Source of the DNA: Terriglobales bacterium
Lineage (GTDB): Bacteria > Acidobacteriota > Terriglobia > Terriglobales > Acidobacteriaceae
Assembly (NCBI GenBank): GCA_035569025.1
Contig: DATMNN010000098.1
Span: forward strand, 11,644 to 75,643
Length of the DNA stretch: 64,000 nt
Direction of reading: 5' to 3'
Shown here: one piece after another, positions 17,689 through 25,446 of the stretch
How positions within the stretch are numbered: the first letter of the stretch is position 1
How the letters are laid out: each line of letters starts with the position of its first letter
The notes under the pieces: model-generated
Told to the model about the DNA's origin: nothing
Databases searched by the model: none
What the model saw: only the letters and a program-made list of their open reading frames with translations
Program-made: the position numbers and the translations under genes

Positions 17689-18954
17689 TTACCGGCCCAC
17701 GCCCATGTATTGGAATCCCATGGCGCGGAGGCGGGAAGAATCGAGCAGATTCTTCGTGTCGATAATAATGGGACGTTTCAGGAGGTGGCGGATGCGGCCG
17801 AAGTCGAGGGTGCGGAATTCGGGCCAGCCGGTGCCAACTACAAGCGCATCCACTCCTTCGGCGACGCCGTAGGCCGACTCGCAATATTTGATGGTGCCGT
17901 TAAGTTGATGTTTGGCTTCGGGAATGGCAACGGGATCGTAGGCTCGAACGCGCGCGCCTTGCGAGAGCAGATTCTGCGCCAGTTGAATCGAAGCCGATCC
18001 GGCCACAGAGTTCGTATTTGGTTTGAATGCCAACCCGAGGATGCCGACGTCTTTGTTCTGAACCGTTTGAATGGCGCCGGAGATTTTCTCAAACATTCGT
18101 TGCGCCATGTTCACATTGACTTCGCGTGCGGCGCGCAGGATCTTGAGATCGATGCCGTTTTCCTGAGCCAGTCCTGACAGTGACTCCATATCGGACTCAG
18201 CGAAGATTCCGCCCATGCCGGCGCCGGGTTGCAGGCAGCGGGGTGCGATTTTTTTGTCGAGCCCAAGAGCTAGCGACAGGCTGACGGCATCGGCGCGGAC
18301 ATGCTCGCATAGGCTGGCGATCTCGTTGATGAACGAAATCTTGGTGGCAACAAACGCGGTCGTCGCTTCGCGCGCCAGTTCCGCAGTTTCGTAGTTCGTA
18401 ACCAGCACCGGCACGCCGCGCATCACCAGCGGATGAAAAATCTGTTTCATTGCGGAAACGGCTTCGCTGGAAGAAGTCCCGAGAATGATACGGTCGGGCC
18501 AATTGAAGTCTTCGACCGCGCATCCGTTGGTGAAAAACATCGGCTGGCAAACCAGGATGCTGCGCAGGGCCTGTTCTTTGAGTGCTTTTTCGAGAATCGA
18601 AGTCGTACCAACCCTGACCGGAGTCACGATCGAAAGCACCTGCATTTTGCCGGCAGCGCGGCCCATCCGCAGGACGAGTTGTTCCAGTCCCTGCGGAGAA
18701 TCCTCGGCGAGAAAAATTACCTGTGCTTTGCGCGCCAGGTCTTCCGGGTCGGTGGAGTAAACGAGGCGTCCCGAGCGCACATTGCGCCGGATGACTTCCT
18801 GGAGATTCTTTTCAAAAAAAGGAATGTCGCCCTTGGCGACTTCGGTGATGCGAGAGCTGTCGGCGTGGCAGCAGCAGACGGGCGTGCCGAAATCAGCGAG
18901 ACAGGCGGATATAACAGTGGCAAGATAGCCGGATCCGTAAACCCCGATGTGCAT
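17689..18954 (-). CDS. UDP-glucose/GDP-mannose dehydrogenase-family protein, apparently lacking the catalytic residues
   Basis: The family is clear from the N-terminal Rossmann motif (IGVYGSGYLA), the central KISFINEIASLCE block and the C-terminal UDP-binding domain (GLAFKPNTNSV). The active-site block reads GAGMGGIFAESD instead of GxGFGGSCxPKD. Confidence 0.85.
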   Translation of the reverse strand: MHIGVYGSGYLATVISACLADFGTPVCCCHADSSRITEVAKGDIPFFEKNLQEVIRRNVRSGRLVYSTDPEDLARKAQVIFLAEDSPQGLEQLVLRMGRAAGKMQVLSIVTPVRVGTTSILEKALKEQALRSILVCQPMFFTNGCAVEDFNWPDRIILGTSSSEAVSAMKQIFHPLVMRGVPVLVTNYETAELAREATTAFVATKISFINEIASLCEHVRADAVSLSLALGLDKKIAPRCLQPGAGMGGIFAESDMESLSGLAQENGIDLKILRAAREVNVNMAQRMFEKISGAIQTVQNKDVGILGLAFKPNTNSVAGSASIQLAQNLLSQGARVRAYDPVAIPEAKHQLNGTIKYCESAYGVAEGVDALVVGTGWPEFRTLDFGRIRHLLKRPIIIDTKNLLDSSRLRAMGFQYMGVGR

Positions 18955-19121
18955 TGTGCCTCTGAAAATCAACCCGCAGCCTGGGAATCCGGCGCTTGGT
19001 TTCGAGCCCGTAACTGCTATGGTAATCATACGAATGGGCTTGGCAACGGCCGGAAAGTACATGTCCTGCCGCCAATGGCCGATTGGACGTGCGTTTGGGT
19101 GTTTTGGGGGGTATTTTCAGG

Positions 19122-19670
19122 CTAGGGGCGGGGAGACAGCAGGCTGCGTCCGAGGGGAATCCGGGCAACGTCCTGCCAGACGCCGGCTGTCTCGCGAACG
19201 AAAATTAACTCCTCGACGCGGATCGTGCGTGAACCGCTGAAGTTGGTCCAGCGCTCTCGCGCGATCACCTCGGCGTCGCGTGCCTGCTGATCCTGATCCG
19301 TTTTCATAATGGTCATGTGCGGAACGTACGGCCAAGACTCCGGACAGTTCAGGGCCTGCACGCAGAGTTGGTCGTGCAGCTCGCGCATGCGGTACGCAGC
19401 CCGCTTAACCTGAATAAAAACGGTCGGAGTGGTGGGGAGGAAGGTTCCCACGTCACCCATTTCGACCTCAAAGGGCACAGCGCGACTGCAAGCCTCTTCA
19501 AGAAACTCGAGCGCAGCCTGTTCCGAGCCGGAAAGCTCGCGCGGCGGAAGGATCGTGAGATGGGCGGGCATGTGGGGCAGCACGGGATGAAGCTCCTTCC
19601 GGAGATTTTCCACGAATTGCCCAACCGGGTGGTCGATGTAGGCCACCAATGCGTAGCGTGAACTGGCCAT
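19122..19670 (-). CDS. 2H phosphoesterase superfamily protein (LigT / 2'-5' RNA ligase-like)
   Basis: Two H-x-T-x motifs are present (PAHLTIL and PHMTIM). The longer track ORF to 19883 is only the complement of tRNA-Pro. Confidence 0.75.
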   Translation of the reverse strand: MASSRYALVAYIDHPVGQFVENLRKELHPVLPHMPAHLTILPPRELSGSEQAALEFLEEACSRAVPFEVEMGDVGTFLPTTPTVFIQVKRAAYRMRELHDQLCVQALNCPESWPYVPHMTIMKTDQDQQARDAEVIARERWTNFSGSRTIRVEELIFVRETAGVWQDVARIPLGRSLLSPRP

Positions 19671-19797
19671 GACTTGCGAAACCACGATTATACTTGAGTG
19701 ACTGCGTGAGAAGAGCGGCGCGGCGCCCGTTTGTGAGTCTCGAAAGTCACGGTCTCGCCGACACACGATAAGCCAGTCATTTATAATCGGATGCAGT

Positions 19798-19874
19798 CGG
19801 GGCGTAGCGCAGCCTGGTAGCGCACCTGCCTTGGGCGCAGGGGGTCGTGAGTTCAAATCTCGCCGCCCCGACCA
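19798..19874 (+). tRNA. tRNA-Pro (anticodon UGG), CCA encoded
   Basis: Folded by hand: acceptor CGGGGCG/CGCCCCG, anticodon arm CCTGC-CTTGGGC-GCAGG, T-loop TTCAAAT. Confidence 0.9.
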
Positions 19875-20112
19875 ATGAATCATTATTCAATCGACTGCCC
19901 ATCGGGCGCGGGTCCGCGCCAATCCAGACATGACTGATGATAGGCAGCGTAGAGCGTTCTTATGGACCGCGTCCACGCGCCCGTCCACAGTTCCGCGAGG
20001 CCGCGTTAGACGTGGGCTTGTCCCGGCCTGTACCGATGTCAGAGCTTTGGCTTTTGTCCGGCCGCCAGGACTGCCGAACAACCGGACCCGTGCACGTCCG
20101 CTTTGCCGCATT

Positions 20113-20144
20113 GTTGGTGTAATCGCCTGATTACATCAATTGAC
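20113..20144 (+). repeat. Copy C of the motif family: gttggtgtaatcgcctgattacatcaattgac
   Basis: 30/32 identical to copy D2. It contains the 18-bp palindrome TGTAATCGCCTGATTACA (20118-20135) followed by TTGACG. It lies about 120 nt upstream of the transporter gene. Confidence 0.8.
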
Positions 20145-20266
20145 GCTGGTCCACGCTCTGCCACGACAATGGTGGTTATTAGTTTTGACGAGATCAATCT
20201 TTCGCAGGGATCGCATTCCTGTGGTTCATCGGCGTGCTTCGCGACCGGACTTTAGCGGAGGAAAAC

Positions 20267-21124
20267 GTGCTGATTCCGCCCTTGCTGTTGCTGAACCTGT
20301 TCGTTGTCGTCGTCATGTTCTCCATCGGGCTACGTGTCAGCGGCGGAGAGCTGCTTGATATCCTACGCAACCGTGCCCTGTTCGTCCGTACCCTGCTGGC
20401 GAATTGCGTTCTCATACCCGCCATGGGCTTCCTGCTGGTTCGCATCTTCCCGCTGACACCCGACGCCAGTGTCGGCATCCTGCTGCTTGCCGCAATACCG
20501 GGAACGCCCATCGCATTACAGTTCACGCGCCAGGCGAAGACACGCTTGCCTTTCGCTGCCGCCATGACTTTCGTGCTCTCGCTGGTAAGCATCGCGATGA
20601 CCCCTCTGGCTGTCGAGGTGATGCCGCAGACCGCGCAGCGCAATGAGCGGCCGATCCTCCTGCTGATCATGAGCATCGTGCTGTACATCGCGCTGCCACT
20701 GGGCGCTGGTTTGTGGGCGGCGCGACACGCGCCGAAAATTGCCCCTCGGCTGGTGTTGCCTCTGGGCGTTCTGGCCACGGTTGCTTTTGTTTTTCTCATG
20801 TGGGAGACGCGCCTGGTGCGGCGTGAGGCCTTTAATACAATCCGCGGCCGTGGGACTATCCTGGCGATGCTCCTGTTGCTGCTGCTGTCCATGTTGATCG
20901 GTTGGCTGATCGGAGGACCCGACCGAGAGTCACGCCGGGTGTTGGCGACCTCCACCGGCATGCGCAGCGTGATTGTGGTGCTATATGTGGCGCGTTACTG
21001 CTTTCCGGGTACCAACATCTACATGATTCCGATTGTTTATCTATCCCTTATGGTGCCCACGAACCTCCTTTTCCATCTCGCGTTGAGCGGATGGCACAAA
21101 CTTCGGCCAGTGGCGGAGGCGTAG
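20267..21124 (+). CDS. Bile acid:sodium symporter (BASS/SBF-like) family transporter
   Basis: Polytopic membrane protein with blocks typical of SBF-like transporters (…MFSIGLRVSGGELLDILRNR…LLLAAIPGTP…). The GTG at 20267 follows GGAGG; the track start at 20234 is also possible. Confidence 0.8.
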   Translation: MLIPPLLLLNLFVVVVMFSIGLRVSGGELLDILRNRALFVRTLLANCVLIPAMGFLLVRIFPLTPDASVGILLLAAIPGTPIALQFTRQAKTRLPFAAAMTFVLSLVSIAMTPLAVEVMPQTAQRNERPILLLIMSIVLYIALPLGAGLWAARHAPKIAPRLVLPLGVLATVAFVFLMWETRLVRREAFNTIRGRGTILAMLLLLLLSMLIGWLIGGPDRESRRVLATSTGMRSVIVVLYVARYCFPGTNIYMIPIVYLSLMVPTNLLFHLALSGWHKLRPVAEA

Positions 21125-21163
21125 GGCGATTCGAGTGACTGACAGATCCCATGAGAGAGCTTG

Positions 21164-21190
21164 CTGTTGTAACATCGCCATTACACCAAC
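21164..21190 (-). repeat. Copy D1 of the motif family (reverse orientation)
   Basis: ctgttgtaacatcgccattacaccaac. Its outer 9 nt and inner 11 nt are complementary to D2, so D1 and D2 can form a roughly 80-nt imperfect hairpin starting 40 nt after the transporter stop. Confidence 0.7.
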
Positions 21191-21207
21191 AAAGTGGCCA
21201 GCCTGTC

Positions 21208-21243
21208 GGTAGTTGGTGTAATCGCCTGATTACAACAGTTGAC
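21208..21243 (+). repeat. Copy D2 of the motif family: ggtagttggtgtaatcgcctgattacaacagttgac
   Basis: Contains the palindrome TGTAATCGCCTGATTACA (21217-21234) followed by TTGACT. It lies 54 nt upstream of the GTG at 21297. Confidence 0.8.
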
Positions 21244-21296
21244 TCCATTCGGTCACCATGCTGTGATTTCATTTTGGCTTATCGAGGACGCAGCCT

Positions 21297-21668
21297 GTGC
21301 CGGATGCGCGTGTCAGCTTCGAGTGCCCGATTTGTCGAACAGCCATCACGCGCCGCTTAGAGGCTCTGCCGCCCGATCAATCCGTTTGCCTGGAAGATAG
21401 AAAGTCGGCAGTTCCCGAGGGTTTCTTTGGAATGAACAGCGCGGACTACTCAAGCACCCCAGGCCGTGTACTCGTAAATCTACGTGACCTGATCGGCACC
21501 AAACGCCACGCGGACTCCCGTCGTCTGAACGGGTGTTGCGGTCTAGACGGGCTCGACGGTGCCAATCTCGTGTGCGTGAATGGTCATGAAGTCGGTACAG
21601 AAAAGTCCGACTGCTGGATGGCTCAGGCTGCCGTGCTTCTCGACAACGTAATCTGGGTCAATGAGTGA
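21297..21668 (+). CDS. Cys-rich hypothetical protein (123 aa)
   Basis: GTG start 8 nt after GAGGAC. It has CPIC near the N-terminus plus five further Cys (NGCCGLDG…LVCVNGHEVGTEKSDCW). No family recognised. Confidence 0.45.
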   Translation: MPDARVSFECPICRTAITRRLEALPPDQSVCLEDRKSAVPEGFFGMNSADYSSTPGRVLVNLRDLIGTKRHADSRRLNGCCGLDGLDGANLVCVNGHEVGTEKSDCWMAQAAVLLDNVIWVNE

Positions 21669-21692
21669 AATCGCCTGTTTACAGCAGTTACA
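21665..21692 (+). repeat. Copy E of the motif family (degenerate)
   Basis: gtgaaatcgcctgtttacagcagttaca spans the stop codon of the preceding gene. Confidence 0.5.
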
Positions 21693-21828
21693 TGAATACT
21701 TCCCGAATCCCCCGAGTGAACAGCATCAGGAGGAGACTCGAAAAACATTCGAATGTGTATTCCAGGAGTCAGGTATACACCAGCGTCGGCCCGAATCCAG
21801 AATCCCGAAAGCGGCGTTGAAAATCTTC

Positions 21829-22008
21829 CTAACCCCTCTTAGGGCCTGAGCGGGAGGACAGTAGACTCTCACTTTCCGCCAAGCGTCTAATGGCAAGACG
21901 AATGACGTGAATCATACCGAGCCCGAGCTTTTCTTGCAGGCAATCGATGATGTGAAGGTCTGAGCCCGTGAAGCGAACCGTCGTAGACTTAAGTTTCTCG
22001 TTCTTCAT
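21829..22008 (-). CDS. Ribbon-helix-helix (CopG/antitoxin-like) small protein, 59 aa (below the ORF-track cutoff)
   Basis: Hand translation gives MKNEKLKSTTVRFTGSDLHIIDCLQEKLGLGMIHVIRLAIRRLAESESLLSSRSGPKRG*. This fits a beta-strand plus two-helix RHH pattern. The RBS is weak. Confidence 0.4.
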   Translation of the reverse strand: MKNEKLKSTTVRFTGSDLHIIDCLQEKLGLGMIHVIRLAIRRLAESESLLSSRSGPKRG

Positions 22009-22530
22009 GACTCATGAATTCTTGCAACCGTATCATGGCCTGTCGTTGCCGAAGAGCAATGAGGAAGCGGAAAGACAGCTGCACGATATCTCAGAGGTAT
22101 CGCCCTGCGAGAAATTTTAGTGAACATCGCACTGCAGTCAGAAGTTGATGTACAAAATACCTGAGGGACCGAACAGCATACCTCCCCCATCCGCCAGTAG
22201 CCGTTACATTAAGCGAGGCAGGGTTCCCCAAGGTCGATCACGATCTTCCCTGCCTGCGCTCTCAGATTCCGAAATTTACGGCTCGTCCGAGTCATTTCCA
22301 ATAGCTCTTAATGTCACGACGCCATTAGAGTCATTGACCACTCGGCCAAGGAAACGGAGCGTAGTTGGGGATAACGCCTGTTTTACGTCAATCGTGTTTC
22401 GGGAGCGACTCCCATTCGGTCATGAAGGTGTCCCGCCATTGGCGAAGGCTGGAATAGAAGGTGTCGGATGAGAGCCAGATCTCGCGCATGCTGGCCGGAT
22501 CAAACAGCGAATCTGGACGCTTGAACGCAA

Positions 22531-23052
22531 TTAGTCGTACTCGATCACGAACGTCGAACTGGAGCTGCTGCCCGAGCCGGCGGCCTGCACCTTCGCCAAA
22601 CCAAAATCGAGAATCTTGGCGCGTCCGCGTCCGGTGACGAAAATGTTGGCCGGCTTGATGTCGCGATGCACGATGCCCTTGGCATGGGCCGCGTCGAGCG
22701 CATCGGCAATCTCGATGCCGAGAGATAGAATCGTGTCATTGTCGATCGGCTGTCCTGCGATGCGGTGCTTCAGGGTTTGCCCCTCGAGAAACTCCATCGC
22801 GATGTAAGACTGCTCGTCACTCTTGCCGATTTCGTAAATCGTGCAGATGTTGGGATGACTGACGGCGGAAGCGGCACGCGCTTCACGGCGGAAACGCTCC
22901 AATGCCAGTGGGTCTTGCGCCACGTCGTTGGGCAGGAATTTGAGCGCGACGAAGCGGCCAAGATCGGTGTCCTCGGCCTTGTAAACCACGCCCATGCCGC
23001 CGCCGCCGAGCTTCTCTGCGATCCGATAGTGCGAGATTACCTGGCCGATCAC
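22531..23052 (-). pseudogene. Truncated Ser/Thr protein kinase (N-lobe to DFG only)
   Basis: Residues 1-155 parallel the full-length kinase at 58812..61295 (MIGQ.ISHYRI…[12 protein letters not shown]…[11 protein letters not shown]…ILDFGLAK). The ORF then ends after 18 unrelated residues. The activation loop, APE and C-lobe are absent. Confidence 0.7.
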
Positions 23053-23163
23053 TGGCAGCGAATCTTACGTGGCTAAATCGGGCAAGTCAATGAAAGACAT
23101 GGAGTTGGCGCGATCCGGAGAGTTTGCTGTTGTTTATGTCGCGATTGTTCTTGGTGCGGCGGA

Positions 23164-24138
23164 TCACTTTGCGTGTGCAGAACGCGCGACTGGTCGCGAA
23201 GTCTTCTTCGATTGTTTTTCCGGAATCTCCGCGAAGTGCTCCACCCGGTTACGACCATTCCGCTTCGCCGCATACAGCCCTTGATCCGCATGTTGCAGGA
23301 GTGACTCGGTATCTTTGCCCGTCTGAGCGGTCGAGGAAGCCACCCCAATACTGATGGTAACGGCCTTCGATACCTCAGCCGAAGTGATCGGCTCACTTGC
23401 AATGCAGGCACGGACGTCGTCCGCGCGGAGCAGAGCGTCTTTCAACTCACAGTCTGGAAGGATCAACAGAAACTCTTCCCCTCCGTAGCGTCCCACACCG
23501 TCGTAGACACGCAACTTCGCAGCAAGTCGTTTGGCGACCTCGCGGAGTGCTTCGTCGCCGAAGAGGTGGCCGAGAGTGTCGTTCACATTCTTGAAATGGT
23601 CGATGTCAACCAGAATGACGCTCACCGGTTTTTTGTCACGTTTGGCGCGCTCCAGTTCGCGATGCAGTGATTCCATGATTGCGCGGCGGTTCATTACGCC
23701 GGTCAGGAAGTCATGGGTGGCGGCGTGTCGCATCGATTCCCGGGCGGCGACCAGCTGCTCGTGCAAAGCAATGATCCGCTGGCCGACCAGGAGACGGGCT
23801 TTCAACTCCATCTCGTCGAAGGGTTTGACCAAGTAATCGTCAGTGCCAGCCTGCATCGCCTCCAGCAGATCTTCCTTGTTACTCTTGCCGGTGAGGAGAA
23901 TCACATACGTGTACGCGCGTTCTGTGCCTGCGCTCCGAATCTTGCGGCAGAGCTCAATCCCGTCAATCCCCGGCAATACCCAGTCGAGCAGCGCTAACTT
24001 TGGGCAATCGGAACGTTGCAACAGCTCCCAAGCCTCAGACCCATCCTTCGCGATCGTCAGGTTGAAACCCCAGTCTTGCAAGTGACTGCTCAGCAGCTTG
24101 CGGTAGACTGCCGAATCCTCCGCGATGAGGACGTCCAT
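23164..24138 (-). CDS. Response regulator receiver plus GGDEF diguanylate cyclase (PleD/WspR-like)
   Basis: The REC domain (MDVLIAEDS…LLDWVLPGIDG…KPF) is followed by GGEEF, with an RVYD I-site-like motif five residues upstream. Confidence 0.9.
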   Translation of the reverse strand: MDVLIAEDSAVYRKLLSSHLQDWGFNLTIAKDGSEAWELLQRSDCPKLALLDWVLPGIDGIELCRKIRSAGTERAYTYVILLTGKSNKEDLLEAMQAGTDDYLVKPFDEMELKARLLVGQRIIALHEQLVAARESMRHAATHDFLTGVMNRRAIMESLHRELERAKRDKKPVSVILVDIDHFKNVNDTLGHLFGDEALREVAKRLAAKLRVYDGVGRYGGEEFLLILPDCELKDALLRADDVRACIASEPITSAEVSKAVTISIGVASSTAQTGKDTESLLQHADQGLYAAKRNGRNRVEHFAEIPEKQSKKTSRPVARSAHAK

Positions 24139-24492
24139 AGCCAAGACCCCTAGTCCCTCGTTGTTGGAAACGGCCGCCCGCCCCCGGTGAGTTTTTTCGA
24201 CTGCTTGAGCCTCCGGCACGATGACGATCGTCAGCCGGATGTGGCAGAGGGGGAAGTGACGTAGACTCCGTCTTCGTGCCGTCTCAAGACGCGGACGTTG
24301 ACCGATACACTTACCCCTGATCAGCTTCTAACATGGGCCCAGAGCAAGGGCGAGATGACGATAAGACGTACCGGCCTGAGAAGCCCTGTCCGTCGCCACT
24401 GCGGAGATAATCTCGGACCTTCCAACAACGGTGCTCCGCGTCCACTCTAAAGTTCCCTCCGGTCTTGCCGATCAGAGACTCAGAGGACTTAC

Positions 24493-24912
24493 GTGGACGC
24501 TTCCAATTCGAAGGTCTTGCTCGTGGAGGACAGTAAGTTCCTTCGTCTCGCTAATGAACGCGTCCTCACCAAGGCAGGTTACAGAGTCACCGTCGCTCCT
24601 GACGGCGAGGAGGCACTCCGCGTTGCACGAAAAGAGCTTCCAGACGTCATCCTGCTGGACATGATGTTACCGAAGCTCAGCGGCCCGGAAGTGCTGCGGA
24701 AATTGAAAGAGAGTCCGGCAACATCGTCAATTCCGGTAATCGTGTTAACCAGCTTGTCGCAAAGGAATGAGGAAAAGCTCATTCAAGAAGGCGCGGCCGC
24801 TTACTTCGAGAAATCAGCTCTCGACCTCGACAAGAATTCTGACCGTCTGGCCGCCACGGTAGAGAGCGTGCTGCACCGAATCAGCCTGCAAAAGCGAGGT
24901 GTGCAATCGTGA
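24493..24912 (+). CDS. Single-domain CheY-like response regulator
   Basis: GTG start. Motifs are VLLVEDSKF…ILLDMMLPKLSG…VIVLTS…K. Confidence 0.85.
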   Translation: MDASNSKVLLVEDSKFLRLANERVLTKAGYRVTVAPDGEEALRVARKELPDVILLDMMLPKLSGPEVLRKLKESPATSSIPVIVLTSLSQRNEEKLIQEGAAAYFEKSALDLDKNSDRLAATVESVLHRISLQKRGVQS

Positions 24913-25367
24913 GCCTTAGCGGAACGGCCATGAAAAAAACATTACTTCTGGTGGAGGACAGCAAAGTCCAGAAACTGGCCACTGGCCGGCTTCTCCTGCG
25001 AGCAGGCTACCTCGTGCTCTTTGCTGGCGACGGCGAAGAAGCTCTTCGTCTGGCTCGGGAAAGCCTTCCCGACCTGGTTCTGCTGGACCTGCTGTTGCCT
25101 GGGATCGGAGGAGAAGAAGTGCTGTGTACCCTTAAACGGGATCCGAACACTGAGCCGATTCCGGTGATTGTCGTCAGCCATCTTCCTCCAACCAACGCCG
25201 CAAAGCTGAAAGCATCTGGGGCTGCGGATTATATTCAAAAGTCGAGACTGCCAGAAGATGACGAAGGAGAGAACTCTCTCCTCGGTACGATCGATCGGGT
25301 TCTTCGTGAATCTGACGGCCGAAACGATGCGGCGCGGCGAGTGCCGCTGGCCGTGCGTCGTCAATGA
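24909..25367 (+). CDS. Single-domain CheY-like response regulator (tandem paralog)
   Basis: LLLVEDSKV…VLLDLLLPGIGG…VIVVSH…. The start is either the GTG overlapping the upstream stop or the ATG at 24930. Confidence 0.85.
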   Translation: MSLSGTAMKKTLLLVEDSKVQKLATGRLLLRAGYLVLFAGDGEEALRLARESLPDLVLLDLLLPGIGGEEVLCTLKRDPNTEPIPVIVVSHLPPTNAAKLKASGAADYIQKSRLPEDDEGENSLLGTIDRVLRESDGRNDAARRVPLAVRRQ

Positions 25368-25446
25368 CAGGTCGTCACAGTCGATTCGGATCCTACACCT
25401 GTTCCTCGACATTTCTCTGAGGCAAGCATGTGGATATGTCGTGCGC

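Noticed and set aside
19671-19883. N-terminal 71 residues of track ORF 19122..19883
   Set aside because: This part (…WSGRRDLNSRPPAPKAGALPGCATPR…) is the translated complement of tRNA-Pro. The real CDS starts at the ATG at 19670.
20116-20130. Reading the TGGTGTAATCGCCTG core as a sigma-54 promoter
   Set aside because: The GG and GC dinucleotides are not at the canonical -24/-12 spacing (TGGCAC-N5-TTGC).
20194-20961. 255-aa minus-strand ORF
   Set aside because: It is antisense to the BASS transporter gene. It is Arg/Ser-rich, whereas the plus-strand frame gives a coherent polytopic membrane protein.
22145-22527. 108-aa plus ORF, and a minus-strand fragment …REIWLSSDTFYSSLRQWRDTFMTEWESLPKHD*
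   Set aside because: There is no start or RBS context and no family recognised. They are probably debris at the rearrangement junction next to the truncated kinase.
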